A DNA stretch of 64,000 nucleotides, from NCBI GenBank assembly GCA_965250285.1, contig OZ252299.1, forward strand, positions 5,376,001 to 5,440,000. Direction: 5' to 3'. The notes beneath the pieces are model-generated. The model had not been told where the DNA came from. It searched no databases and saw only the letters and a program-made list of their open reading frames with translations. Source of the stretch: Myxococcota bacterium (GTDB lineage: Bacteria; Myxococcota_A; UBA9160; UBA4427). The translations under genes were made by a program, and so were the position numbers. Positions 49,306 through 58,798 of this stretch are shown here, piece after piece (within the stretch, counting starts at the first letter, position 1; every line of letters begins with the position of its first letter).

Positions 49306-49995
49306 ATGCCTCTTCGATCGATCGCCGCCGCCCCGCACCTTCTGATCGCCGTCTTCGCGGTCGCCGCGATCAGCGTCGCCTGCAACGAGATCGAGTCGGT
49401 CGCCGAGACCGTGCGCGCCCAGACGGCGGCCTCGTCGCCGAGCGAGGCCGGGCCCGAGGCCGAGCCGCAGACCGCGGCGTCGAAGCCCGAGGGCAGTGAC
49501 CTGACGTCGCTCGGCCCGAACGCCGATACGCGCATCTACTACCAGTACATCGACGAGCGTGGCGGGGTGCGCTTCGCCGAGCGCCTGGGCGACGTGCCCG
49601 AGGCCTGGCGCGACAAGGTCGGCTACCTCGAGATGGATTCGCCGCCGCCGATGTCGCCCGCCGATGCGAAGCGCACGCGGGATGCGCGCTACGCCGCCGC
49701 CAACCCCCAGGCATCGCGCAGCGCCTCGAGTGGAGGCGGTGGTCGCGCGATGGATCGCTTCGAGCCCCGGGTGCTCGTCTACTACGCCGATTGGTGCGGC
49801 TACTGCGTCAAGGCCAAGCGACACCTCGACCGAGCCGGCGTCGCCTACGAGCTGAAGAACGTCGACAACCCGCACATCAAGCGGGAGCTGATCGAGAAGA
49901 CGGGCCAGAAGGGCATCCCGGTGATCGAGGTCGATGGACGCGTCATGAAGGGCTACAGCGCCAGCGCCCTCGACGAGATGCTCGATTCGATCTGA
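49306..49995 (+). CDS. Exported glutaredoxin-domain protein with DUF4124-like N-terminal module
   Basis: SVAC possible lipobox, YQYIDERGGVRF, WCGYC, GIPVIEVDG. Confidence 0.8.
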   Translation: MPLRSIAAAPHLLIAVFAVAAISVACNEIESVAETVRAQTAASSPSEAGPEAEPQTAASKPEGSDLTSLGPNADTRIYYQYIDERGGVRFAERLGDVPEAWRDKVGYLEMDSPPPMSPADAKRTRDARYAAANPQASRSASSGGGGRAMDRFEPRVLVYYADWCGYCVKAKRHLDRAGVAYELKNVDNPHIKRELIEKTGQKGIPVIEVDGRVMKGYSASALDEMLDSI

Positions 49996-50093
49996 CCCAC
50001 CCCGGACAGACGCGGCTGCTAGAATGACCGCGTTCACGGGGGACAGACGTCATCGACACGCCGCGCGCCCGCCCGCACCAATCGAGCCGTCTG

Positions 50094-50756
50094 TTGCACG
50101 TCGCACACGTCGCACACGTCGCACACGTCGCACTCGCTGCGCTCGTGGGGGCTCTGCTCTTCGGCTGCGCCTCGAACGATGCGGCGACGACCGAGGCCGC
50201 GCCGCCGCCGCCCGGCAGTGACGAAGCGCGCGCCGTCGTCGAGCGGGTGAACGCGACGATGCTCGATGTCGCGGCGCGCTCGAGCGAGCTCGGCCAGTCG
50301 GGCCGCGAAGCCGAGCTGCGGCCGATCATCATGGAGAGCTTCGATGTGCCGGCGATCGCGCGCGCGACGCTCGGCTCGCACTGGCAGGCGCTCACGCCCG
50401 AGCAGCAAGAGGTCTGGCTCGACACCTATGCCGAGTTTCACATCGTGGCCGCCGCCTTCAACTGGCGCAGCGCGCGCGGAGCGGTGTTCGAGTATCTCGG
50501 CGAGGCGTCGGCGCCCAACGACACGGTGCTCGTGAAGGCGCGGCTCGACCGAACCGGGCACGGCGCCGACGTGCGCCGCGACTACCGGCTGCGGCCGCAT
50601 CGCGACGGCTGGCTGATCATCGACGTGTTCACGCCGGGCTACGTCAGCCAGGTCGGCATGCGGCGGTCGGAGTATCTCGCGGTGCTTTCGCGCACCGACT
50701 TCGACGGCCTGATCGACGACATGCAGCGCCGCATCGCCACGCGGCGGCGCAGCTAG
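50094..50756 (+). CDS. MlaC/Ttg2D (HpnM-like) lipid-binding lipoprotein
   Basis: LFGC lipobox, FDVPAIARATLGSHW, DYRL..GWLIIDV, SQVGMRRSEY; start uncertain. Confidence 0.8.
   Translation: MHVAHVAHVAHVALAALVGALLFGCASNDAATTEAAPPPPGSDEARAVVERVNATMLDVAARSSELGQSGREAELRPIIMESFDVPAIARATLGSHWQALTPEQQEVWLDTYAEFHIVAAAFNWRSARGAVFEYLGEASAPNDTVLVKARLDRTGHGADVRRDYRLRPHRDGWLIIDVFTPGYVSQVGMRRSEYLAVLSRTDFDGLIDDMQRRIATRRRS
50097..50132. repeat. 9-bp tandem repeat (CACGTCGCA)x4
   Basis: Four perfect copies encoding (HVA)4 in the signal region. Confidence 0.9.
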
Positions 50757-50822
50757 GGAACCTCTGCACAGCCCGCCTGCCCCGGCCTCGGGACGCTTCC
50801 GTCACAGCGCAGGGCTCGGGCT

Positions 50823-51272
50823 TCAGCCGCCGAGCAGCTCGGCGGCGATCTTCTTGGCGAGGCCGCCATCGACCTCACCCTTGTGGGCCTTCATGATCGC
50901 GCCCATCACGCGACCGACGTCGCCCGGGGCGCTCGCGCCCGAGTCGGCGATGGCGGCTTCGACCCAGCCGCGGGTCGTCGCCTCGTCGGCGAGGCTCGGC
51001 AGGAACGCCTCGATCACCGCGAGCTCTTCGCGTTCGGCGGCGGCCTGCTCTTCGCGGCCGCCCTTCTCGAACGCATCGATGCTCTCTTTTCGCTGCTTCG
51101 CGAGCTTGCGCAGGATCGTGACCGCAGCCTCGTCGGGGATCGTCTCGGCGCCGTCCTTCTTCATCTCGTTCAGAAACGCGGCGCGCATGCCGCGCAGCGC
51201 GGCGAGGCGCGTGGCCTGCTTGGCCTTCATTGCTTCTTTCAGCTGGGCGTTGACGTCGTCGAGGATCGCCAT
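50823..51272 (-). CDS. GatB/YqeY domain protein
   Basis: LKEAMKAK, KQRKESIDAFEKGGR, FLP, GRVMG. Confidence 0.92.
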   Translation of the reverse strand: MAILDDVNAQLKEAMKAKQATRLAALRGMRAAFLNEMKKDGAETIPDEAAVTILRKLAKQRKESIDAFEKGGREEQAAAEREELAVIEAFLPSLADEATTRGWVEAAIADSGASAPGDVGRVMGAIMKAHKGEVDGGLAKKIAAELLGG

Positions 51273-51341
51273 GAGGTGCTCCCACACGTGAGGCGCGTTG
51301 CCATCGGTCGCCGTAGGGTGACACAACCCGGGGCCGGCGAA

Positions 51342-51408
51342 AGAGAGCGAAGAGGCGTGCGCGCGAGCCGGGGACGTAGAGAGCGAAGAGGCGCGTGCGC
51401 GAGCCGGG
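51342..51408. repeat. 31-bp imperfect direct repeat, 36-bp period, in divergent intergenic region
   Basis: AGAGAGCGAAGAGGCG...GCGCGAGCCGGG at 51342 and 51378. Confidence 0.8.
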
Positions 51409-51460
51409 CTATCCTTCGCGCCCGGCGTCGCGCAGGCGCCCCCACGCTGCGGAGGGCGCC

Positions 51461-52294
51461 ATGGCGATGATCGAGTGGGCCGATACGCTGGCTTGCCTTG
51501 CCGTCGAGGCGACGAGGGATGGGGTGTACACCGCGCCGAACATCCCCATGCCGTACCGGCGGGTCTATGGCGGACAGGTGCTCGCGCAGCTCGTGGCCGT
51601 CGCCGAGGCATCGGCCGATCCGAAGCAGGTCAAGTCGCTGCACGTCGTGCTGCCGCGCGAAGGCGAGCTCGAGCGCGCGCTCGAGTTCGACGTCGATGCG
51701 CCGCAGACCGGCCGCGCGTTCGCGACGCGCGCGGTGCGCGTGCACCAGGCCGATCGCGCGATCGCCCAGGCGACGATCTCCCTGCATGCGCCCGAAGCCA
51801 GCGCCGTCTCGCATCAGCTGCCGGCGCCGACGCTCGCGGGCCCGGGCGACGCGACGCCGGTCGATCTCAGCATGATCCCGTGGTCAGCGCGGGCCGTCGG
51901 CGGCGTCGATCTCGCGGCGCCCGGTATCGGCGCGGCCGAGTCGGCCTATTGGATGAAGACCCCGGCGCTCGATGATGCGCCCGCCTGTGCCCACCGGGCG
52001 CTGCTCGCGTTCGCGACGACGCTGACGCTCGTCGGCACGGCCCTGCGCCCCCATGCCGGCCTGTCGGAGGCCTCGATCCCCGACCGCGTGCAGACGGCGG
52101 TCACGAGCCACACCGTCTGGTTCCACGCCGGCGACCTGCGCGTCGACGACTGGTGGCTGCTCGTGCAGTCGGCGCCGAGCCTCGCGGGCGCGCGGGGCCA
52201 TGGCCGCGGTGACGTCTTCGACGCCGCCGGTCGGCTCGTCGCATCGTTTGCGCAGGAGAGTCTGATTCGACCAGTCGAAGCCACCGAGGCGTAG
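51461..52294 (+). CDS. TesB-like double hot-dog thioesterase
   Basis: VYGGQVLAQ, VKSLH, HTVWFH, VASFAQE. Confidence 0.82.
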   Translation: MAMIEWADTLACLAVEATRDGVYTAPNIPMPYRRVYGGQVLAQLVAVAEASADPKQVKSLHVVLPREGELERALEFDVDAPQTGRAFATRAVRVHQADRAIAQATISLHAPEASAVSHQLPAPTLAGPGDATPVDLSMIPWSARAVGGVDLAAPGIGAAESAYWMKTPALDDAPACAHRALLAFATTLTLVGTALRPHAGLSEASIPDRVQTAVTSHTVWFHAGDLRVDDWWLLVQSAPSLAGARGHGRGDVFDAAGRLVASFAQESLIRPVEATEA

Positions 52295-52347
52295 TCGTCG
52301 CGGCGCGCGGCGCCCCCGATTTCGGCATTCGTGCTACACCGCTGGCC

Positions 52348-53433
52348 ATGGCGCGTGTCCCGATCGAGCTCCCCCATCATCGCTACGAGGTCGTCATCGA
52401 GCCCGGTGCGCTCGGGCGGCTCGGTGAACTCGTCCACGCGGTCGCGCCCCACGCCGACTGCGCCCTGCTCGGCGATGCGGCCGTCTTCGCCCACTACGAG
52501 AAAGCGGCCCACGACGCGCTCGAGGGGGCCGGCTATCGCGTCGTCTCGAAGGGCCTGGCGCTCGGCGAAGCGAGCAAGCACCTCGACACGGTGCGCGGTC
52601 TGTACGACGTGCTGCTCGACGAACGGCTCGAGCGACGCGCACCGGTGATCGCGCTCGGCGGCGGCGTCGCGGGCGACACCATCGGCTTCGTGGCTGCGAG
52701 CTATCTGCGCGGTGTGCCCTTCGTGCAGGTGCCCACGACCCTGCTCGCCATGGTCGACTCGAGTGTCGGCGGCAAGACCGGCGTCAACGTGCCCCAGGGC
52801 AAGAACCTGATCGGGGCGTTCTATCAGCCGTCTGTCGTGGTCGCCGACACCGACGTGCTCGCCACGCTGCCCGATCGCGAGCTGCGCTGCGGGCTCGCCG
52901 AGTGCGTCAAGCACGCGGTGATTCGCGACGCGTCGCTGCTCGAATTCATCGAGCAGAACGCGGCCGGCCTGCTCGCGCGCGAGCCCGAGCTGCTGGTCGA
53001 GCTGGTGCGACGCAACGTCGAGATCAAGGCGGCGGTCGTCGTCGAAGACGAGCTCGAAGCCGGTGTGCGGGCACACTTGAATTTCGGACACACGTTCGGT
53101 CACGCGATCGAAGTGACGACGGGCTACGGCGTGCTGCTGCACGGCGAAGCCGTGGCGCTCGGCATGTGCGCGGCGGCGACGGCCGCCGCCGAGATGGGGC
53201 TCTGTGCGCCCGCGGTCGGCGAGCGCATCGAAGCCGCGCTCGAAGCCCTCGGCATCGCGCGCACCGGAGCGGTCGCCGACGACGCGACGCTCGGCGCGGC
53301 GATGAAGCTCGACAAGAAGGTGCAGGGGGCGAAGGTGCGCTTCGTGTTGCCGACCCGAGTCGGCCACGTCGAGATTCGCGACGACGTCCCCGCCGCGGCG
53401 ATCGCGGCGGCGTGGGCGCACGTGCGCAGCTAG
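52348..53433 (+). CDS. aroB: 3-dehydroquinate synthase
   Basis: GGGVAGD, PTTLLAMVDSSVGGKTGVN, KNLIGAF, LNFGHTFGHAIE, HGEAVA. Confidence 0.96.
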   Translation: MARVPIELPHHRYEVVIEPGALGRLGELVHAVAPHADCALLGDAAVFAHYEKAAHDALEGAGYRVVSKGLALGEASKHLDTVRGLYDVLLDERLERRAPVIALGGGVAGDTIGFVAASYLRGVPFVQVPTTLLAMVDSSVGGKTGVNVPQGKNLIGAFYQPSVVVADTDVLATLPDRELRCGLAECVKHAVIRDASLLEFIEQNAAGLLAREPELLVELVRRNVEIKAAVVVEDELEAGVRAHLNFGHTFGHAIEVTTGYGVLLHGEAVALGMCAAATAAAEMGLCAPAVGERIEAALEALGIARTGAVADDATLGAAMKLDKKVQGAKVRFVLPTRVGHVEIRDDVPAAAIAAAWAHVRS

Positions 53434-53890
53434 CGCGCCCCTCGTCGTTCCTCTCCTCTCATCTTTCTCATCGCATCATCGATGAAGGGCTCGGGTGGAT
53501 CCCGGCATCGGGGCGCAGCCGCGTGTGTCGACGACCGCTCGCGATCCGGCCGAACCCGATGCCTTCGCAGGCGCGCGCGAACCCGAACGTGTGGACTCCC
53601 GTCCAGAGCTGATCCCGGCGCGGCTCGACCGAGCCGATCGGACGTTCGATCGCGCTGCAGTCGACACGCATGCGACGGGCTCAAGCCGCCGCGGCCGTTC
53701 ACCGATTTCAAGTGAAGGCGTGCAGGGGCTCGAACGCCGGTTGACCGCGAATCGCGTGCATCGGGGCTTTTCCCGATGGTTCTTCGCGCTCGAGCATTGC
53801 TAGCCTTGGGTTTCCCCCCTCGCATGGACCGGTACATCCAACCGGGTCGTCGCGGTGTCGGGTGGGAGAGGCGAGCGTTTGGCGGAAGGT

Positions 53891-55441
53891 GTGTTCGTCA
53901 AGGAGCCGTGCGAGGTCGAGACGCCGTCGGGCCGACTCAGAGGGAGTCAGCGCCGGGGCGTCTATCGGTTTCTCGGTGTGCCGTACGCGACGGCGCCTCG
54001 CGGCGAGCTGCGGTTTCGGGGCCCGCGCCCGGTCAAGCCGTGGGCCGGTGCGCGCGACGCGAAGGTGCCGGGGCCCGCGCCGCTGCAGATGGGCGTGCCC
54101 TTCTTTCGCAACGTCAACCCCGGCGTCTCGCGGCAGTCGGAAGACTGCCTCTACCTGAACGTCTTCACGCCCGGGCTCGATGATCGCAAGCGCCCCGTGC
54201 TCTTCTGGATCCACGGCGGCGGCTTTCTGGTCGGCTCGGGTTCGACGCCCGTCTACGACGGCTCGGCGCTCGCGCGCACCGGCGACATCGTCGTCGTCAC
54301 CATCAACTACCGGCTCGGCGCGCTCGGCCACGTCCACCTGAAGGACGTGCTCGGCGAAGACTTCAAGGACGCCGCCAACGCCGGCTCGAAGGATCAAGCC
54401 GCCGCCCTGCAGTGGGTGCACGATCACATCGAGGCCTTTGGTGGCGACCCCGACCAGGTGACGATCGCCGGCCAGTCGGCGGGCGCGATGAGCGTGGGCG
54501 CGCTGCTGGCGGCGCCTTCCGCGCGGCCGCTCTTCAAGCGCGCGATCCTGCAGAGCGGCGCTGCCGCGAACGTCATGACCCGCGATCAGGCGGCGATCGT
54601 CGCCGAGACGTTCCTCGAGGCGCTCGGCCCGGTGCGCGATCGCCGCGGGCTCGCATCGGTGTCGGCGCAGCGGATCATGCGCGCGCAGGGCATCACGAAC
54701 CGCAAGCTCATGAACATGGCGCGGCTCATGGCGATGACCCCGTGCGTCGACGGTGACTTCATCCCCGATCATCCGTACGAGGCCATCGAACGCGGCGACG
54801 TGGCCGACATCGAGCTGATGGTCGGGACGACCCTCGACGAGTGGAAGCTCTTCGGCACCGTCGAAGCGCTCGCGCCCGCCGTCATGGGCGAGCACGTGCT
54901 GCGCAGTCGGTTCGTCTCGGTGCTCGACGCGGTCGGGGCCGACGTGCCGTCGGCCGAGCAGGCGCTCGGCGAATACCGTGCGGCCGTGCGCAAGCGCGGC
55001 GGCAGCACGAGCGCCTATTCGGTCTGGAACGCCTTCCAGTCGGCGCGCATCTTCCACGTGCCGGGCATGGATCTCGCCGAGCGCCACGCCGACGCCGGCG
55101 GCCGCGCGCACAGCTATCTGTTCAAGTGGCGGCCGCGCACGCTGCGCAACGCGGTCGGTGCCTGTCACGCGCTCGACGTGCCCTTCGTTTTCGGCCTCGG
55201 CAACCTTCGACTCACGCGCGCGATGAGCGGTCTGTCGGCCTCGGCGCCGCGACTCTCGGAGCGCATGCAGGGCGCGTGGGTCGGCTTCGTGCGCAACGGC
55301 ACGCCGCAGTCGGACGACCTGCCCGAGTGGGACGAGTACTGCGGTCGGCACCGGGCGACGATGCTGCTCGGGCGACAGTGCTACGTCGCCGACTCGCCGC
55401 TCGAGGAAGAGCGCGCGCTGCTCGCGAACTGGCTCGGCTAG
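53891..55441 (+). CDS. Second type-B carboxylesterase/lipase
   Basis: SEDCLYLNV, WIHGGGF, NYRLG, GQSAG, ACHALDVPFVF; GTG start after GGAAGG. Confidence 0.92.
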   Translation: MFVKEPCEVETPSGRLRGSQRRGVYRFLGVPYATAPRGELRFRGPRPVKPWAGARDAKVPGPAPLQMGVPFFRNVNPGVSRQSEDCLYLNVFTPGLDDRKRPVLFWIHGGGFLVGSGSTPVYDGSALARTGDIVVVTINYRLGALGHVHLKDVLGEDFKDAANAGSKDQAAALQWVHDHIEAFGGDPDQVTIAGQSAGAMSVGALLAAPSARPLFKRAILQSGAAANVMTRDQAAIVAETFLEALGPVRDRRGLASVSAQRIMRAQGITNRKLMNMARLMAMTPCVDGDFIPDHPYEAIERGDVADIELMVGTTLDEWKLFGTVEALAPAVMGEHVLRSRFVSVLDAVGADVPSAEQALGEYRAAVRKRGGSTSAYSVWNAFQSARIFHVPGMDLAERHADAGGRAHSYLFKWRPRTLRNAVGACHALDVPFVFGLGNLRLTRAMSGLSASAPRLSERMQGAWVGFVRNGTPQSDDLPEWDEYCGRHRATMLLGRQCYVADSPLEEERALLANWLG

Positions 55442-55478
55442 CCGAGCGCGCCACAACCCACCCGCATCCAGCTCGACC

Positions 55479-55615
55479 GGCGATGCCCGAGCGTGCGTCA
55501 TTCAGGCGAAGGCGTGCGTCACGCGCCCGAGCCCGGGTCGCTGCGAAACGACGCGTCGGGCGACGCCCGAGCGTGCGTCATTCAGGCGAGGGCGTGCGTC
55601 ACGCGCCCGAGCCCG
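55479..55615. repeat. 57-bp direct repeat spanning the stop of 55582-56004
   Basis: 55479-55535 vs 55559-55615, 2 mismatches, 80-bp offset. Confidence 0.9.
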
Positions 55616-56004
55616 CGCCACTGCGCGAAGGCGAGCGCGGCGACGACGGTGCTGACCCCGGCGAGGCCGATGGCGCCCAGCGGCGTCAGCCAGCCGAGTG
55701 CGATGATGGGCACGCTGCCGACGACCCACGCGACGTCGGCCGCACAGTACGAACGGGCTTCCGTCGCGAGACGCGTCGCGTCGGTGCGCCGTGACGATGC
55801 GACCAGCAGGGCCGCGAACCCGAGCAACCCGACGCCCAGCGCGACCAGCAGCTCGGCGGGCACGCCGATCAGCGGCGCGAGCGCCCCTGCGTCGAGCACG
55901 AAGATCAGGGCGCAGGTCGTCGAGAAGGCGGCGTTGGCGCGCAGCGCGAGGCGAAGCAAGCGAGTCGCGTCGGCGCGATCGGGCGTCGGTTGGGCGGTCG
56001 TCAT
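55582..56004 (-). CDS. Hypothetical 4-TM membrane protein
   Basis: GGAGG RBS, ATG, four hydrophobic segments; divergent from TetR. Confidence 0.75.
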   Translation of the reverse strand: MTTAQPTPDRADATRLLRLALRANAAFSTTCALIFVLDAGALAPLIGVPAELLVALGVGLLGFAALLVASSRRTDATRLATEARSYCAADVAWVVGSVPIIALGWLTPLGAIGLAGVSTVVAALAFAQWRGLGRVTHALA

Positions 56005-56051
56005 GGTCGGGTCCTCCAGCGGGAGACGATTTCGGGGGGCGCGGTCCGATC

Positions 56052-56097
56052 AATAACACGAACGATCGTACTTGTAAATGCGATCGATCGTGCTATT
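56052..56097. promoter_or_regulatory. Inverted-repeat operator between TetR and divergent membrane protein
   Basis: AATAACACGAACGATCG-N12-CGATCGATCGTGCTATT, 17-bp arms with 2 mismatches, AT-rich island. Confidence 0.7.
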
Positions 56098-56106
56098 TCT
56101 CCCTCC

Positions 56107-56715
56107 ATGCCGACCCGCTCCCGCCAAACCCGCGCTGAGATCCTCGAGGCGGCCATGCACCTCGCGTCGGTCGAGGGCCTCGAAGGGCTCTCGATCGGCC
56201 GGCTCGCGAAGCGCATGTCGATGTCGAAGAGCGGGGTGATCGGCCACTTCGAGAGCAAGACCGACCTGCAGCTCGAGGCTGTGGCCGCGGCGGTCGACGT
56301 CTTCGAGCGCGCCGTGATCGCGCCCGAGCACGAGGCGCCGGGCCTGCCGCGGCTGCGCGCGCGCATCGAGCGGTGGATCGCGCACGTGGCCTCGGGGCGC
56401 TTCGAGGGCGGCTGCTTCTTCTGGGCCGCGTCGGCCGAGTTCGATGGGCGGCCGGGCCCCGTTCGTGACGCCGTCGCCCGCGCCACGGCACACTGGCTCG
56501 ATGGCCTCACCGAAGAGGTGCGCCTCGCGCAGCGGCTCGGTGAGCTCGATGCAGACGAAGAGCCCGAGCAGATCGCCTTCGAGCTGCACGCGGTCGTGCA
56601 GGAGGCGAACTGGGCGAAGCAGCTGCTCGGTCGCGATGACGCGTTCGAGCGCGCGCGACGCGCCGTCGACGCGCGGCTCGCCCGCACGGCCGAGGGCGCC
56701 GCGACCTCGGGCTGA
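56107..56715 (+). CDS. TetR/AcrR family transcriptional regulator
   Basis: TRAEILEAA, LSIGRLAKRMSMSKSGVIGHFESK, GGCFF. Confidence 0.9.
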   Translation: MPTRSRQTRAEILEAAMHLASVEGLEGLSIGRLAKRMSMSKSGVIGHFESKTDLQLEAVAAAVDVFERAVIAPEHEAPGLPRLRARIERWIAHVASGRFEGGCFFWAASAEFDGRPGPVRDAVARATAHWLDGLTEEVRLAQRLGELDADEEPEQIAFELHAVVQEANWAKQLLGRDDAFERARRAVDARLARTAEGAATSG

Positions 56716-56810
56716 CCGGTCGACTTGCAGGCGCGACGCGCCGTCGACGCGCGGCTCGCCCGCTCGCCCGCTCGCCCGCACGGCCGAGGGCGCCGCGACC
56801 TCGGGCTGAC
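56653..56810. repeat. 64-bp duplication of TetR 3' end with internal 8-bp expansion
   Basis: 56653-56716 repeated at 56731-56810 with two extra GCTCGCCC units. Confidence 0.9.
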
Positions 56811-57350
56811 GCGGCGACCCGATCGCGCCTTCGCTCCGCACCGCGATGAAGCGGGGCCCCGGCCATGACGCGCCGGCCGCATCGCTTCGATTCCGCGACA
56901 CAGATCGTTGCACGGTGTCCTGCGGGCGAGCGCGAGACGGCGACCCCTTGCATAGGAAGGCAGCGACCCGTCCCCACGCGGATCACCCGCAGGTCGATGG
57001 GCGGCGACTGGGCGGGGCGACGCAGCGTCACTCAGGCCGGTCGAACGAACCTCCGATGGGTTCATGGGGAATGTCGCCCAGCGCCCGAAACCGTCACGCC
57101 CCGGGCCGGTGCGTGACGCCGCCGGGGAGGGCGGGGAACGGTTAGAATCAGGCGGCATCCAAAGCGGGCTGGTGAGGGGCATCACCAAACGAGCGATGGA
57201 ACGACGAGCCAGGCAGGGGCCGCTCGTCTCGCGCGTGAATCGGGTTTGAACCCAAGCAACCAAGCCACTGCGCGCCCCACACCGGCGATGAGCGAAGAGA
57301 TCCAGGCGCAGCGTCCCCATGACGCCGCGCTCGCTGACGAGGCTCGAAGC

Positions 57351-58244
57351 ATGCGCAACGCACCCCGAAAGGACAGGACGCACCCGTGCTTCGACGCTGC
57401 GGTTCGGTCGGTCGTCTGGGTGCTGCTCGCGTCGCTCGCGCTGATCGGTGCGGCGCCGAGTGCGCTCGCGCTCGGTCAGGGTGCGTCGGCTGCGGCGTCC
57501 GGCCCCTTCTCGCCCGATGATCCGCTGCTCTATCACCCGGCGCTCGATGACGGGCCGCTCGGGCCCGGTCGCAAGGCGTACCGCGAGCGGCGTGATCCCG
57601 ACCGTGCGCTCGAGAGCTACACGCTCTTCAAGCAGGTGGTCGAGGAGAACCCGGGCGATCCGACCGCGCTCTGGCATCTCGCGATGAGCTGCTACTACCT
57701 CGGCCAGCGCGTGGTCGAGACCGGCGACGAGCGCAAGCGCGTGTTCGCCGAGGGGCATCGCTTCGCCGAGCAGGCGGTGGCGCGCGACCCGAAGTGCGCC
57801 CCGTGCCACATGCTGGCGGGCGTGAACCAGGCGCTGTGGGGCCAGGAGATGGGCATCTTCCGCGTGCTCTCGGGCCTGCCCAACGTGAAGCGTCACCTGC
57901 AGGCGAGCACCGACCTCGACCCGACCTTCGCCGGCGCGAGCGCGCTGCGCGTGCGGGCGCAGATCGCGCGCGTCTTGCCGCGCTGGCTCGGCGGCGGCAA
58001 GAAGAAGGCGCGCCGCTACCTGCTGCGCGCGATCGAGATCGCGCCGAACGAGCCGCTCAACTACCAGTTCCTCGCCCGGCTGTATCAGAAGGATTTCAAG
58101 CAGCCCGACAAGGCGCTCGCCGTGGCGCGCGAGGGCCTGACGCTCACGCAGCCCGGCCCCGAGTTCGTCGAGAGCGTCGACTCGATGCGCCGCCTGCAAC
58201 GCATGGTGAACAAGCTCGAGAAGAGCGAGGGCCGCGACGGCTGA
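57351..58244 (+). CDS. Exported TPR-like helical protein (TatT/RMD-like)
   Basis: Signal/TM segment, helical repeats, DPKCAPCH, LPRWLGGGKKKA; start uncertain. Confidence 0.65.
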   Translation: MRNAPRKDRTHPCFDAAVRSVVWVLLASLALIGAAPSALALGQGASAAASGPFSPDDPLLYHPALDDGPLGPGRKAYRERRDPDRALESYTLFKQVVEENPGDPTALWHLAMSCYYLGQRVVETGDERKRVFAEGHRFAEQAVARDPKCAPCHMLAGVNQALWGQEMGIFRVLSGLPNVKRHLQASTDLDPTFAGASALRVRAQIARVLPRWLGGGKKKARRYLLRAIEIAPNEPLNYQFLARLYQKDFKQPDKALAVAREGLTLTQPGPEFVESVDSMRRLQRMVNKLEKSEGRDG

Positions 58245-58273
58245 CCCACGCCGCGCCGGATCGCCGCGCACCG

Positions 58274-58681
58274 ATGAGCCAACCCCCGACCGAGACCGCG
58301 CCCGAGCGCAGCCGCCGCGTGCGCGTCGCCGACCTGAGCGACGTGCCCGAGCGAGGGGGGCTTGCCGTCGAGGTGGGCGGCGTCGAGATCGGCGTGTTCC
58401 GCACCGAGGCCGGGCTGCTCGCCATCGAGAACGCCTGCCCGCATGCGAGCGTGCCGCTCAGCACGGGCTCGGTCGAAGCCTGCATCGTGACCTGCCCCGC
58501 GCACGGGTTTCAGTACGATCTGCGCACCGGCTATGCGGCCGACTTTGCCGACGGGTTCCCGATCCCGCGCTTCGAAGTGATCGTCGAAGACGACTCGGTC
58601 TTCATCGAAGCCGATGTCGAGGACGACGGCGGCGTCGCGCCGCGGCCGCTCCCGCGTGTGCGGCCCACGCGAGACGCCTGA
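58274..58681 (+). CDS. Rieske [2Fe-2S] ferredoxin
   Basis: CPH...CPAH motifs, YDLRTG. Confidence 0.9.
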   Translation: MSQPPTETAPERSRRVRVADLSDVPERGGLAVEVGGVEIGVFRTEAGLLAIENACPHASVPLSTGSVEACIVTCPAHGFQYDLRTGYAADFADGFPIPRFEVIVEDDSVFIEADVEDDGGVAPRPLPRVRPTRDA

Positions 58682-58778
58682 CTCGCCGGCGCCCGTCCGG
58701 TGTGGCTCGAGCGAGACGTTCGGGTCGCCGGCACCCGTCCGTGTGGCTCGAGCGAGACGTTCGGGTCGCCGGCACCCG
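58669..58778. repeat. 41-42-bp tandem repeat beginning at the Rieske gene stop
   Basis: GCGAGACG-N6-TCGCCGGC at 58669, 58711, 58752; units 2 and 3 nearly identical. Confidence 0.8.
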
Positions 58779-58798
58779 CGGCCGCGGGGAGACGAACG

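Noticed and set aside
56811..57350. ncRNA or riboswitch in the long spacer before the TPR gene
   Set aside because: Only a TAGAAT -10-like box and small hairpins; no recognisable family motif
14673..58244. Segmental duplication explaining paralogue pairs (CoA-transferase, TesB, M48, esterase, TetR, TPR)
   Set aside because: Pairs are highly diverged and not collinear
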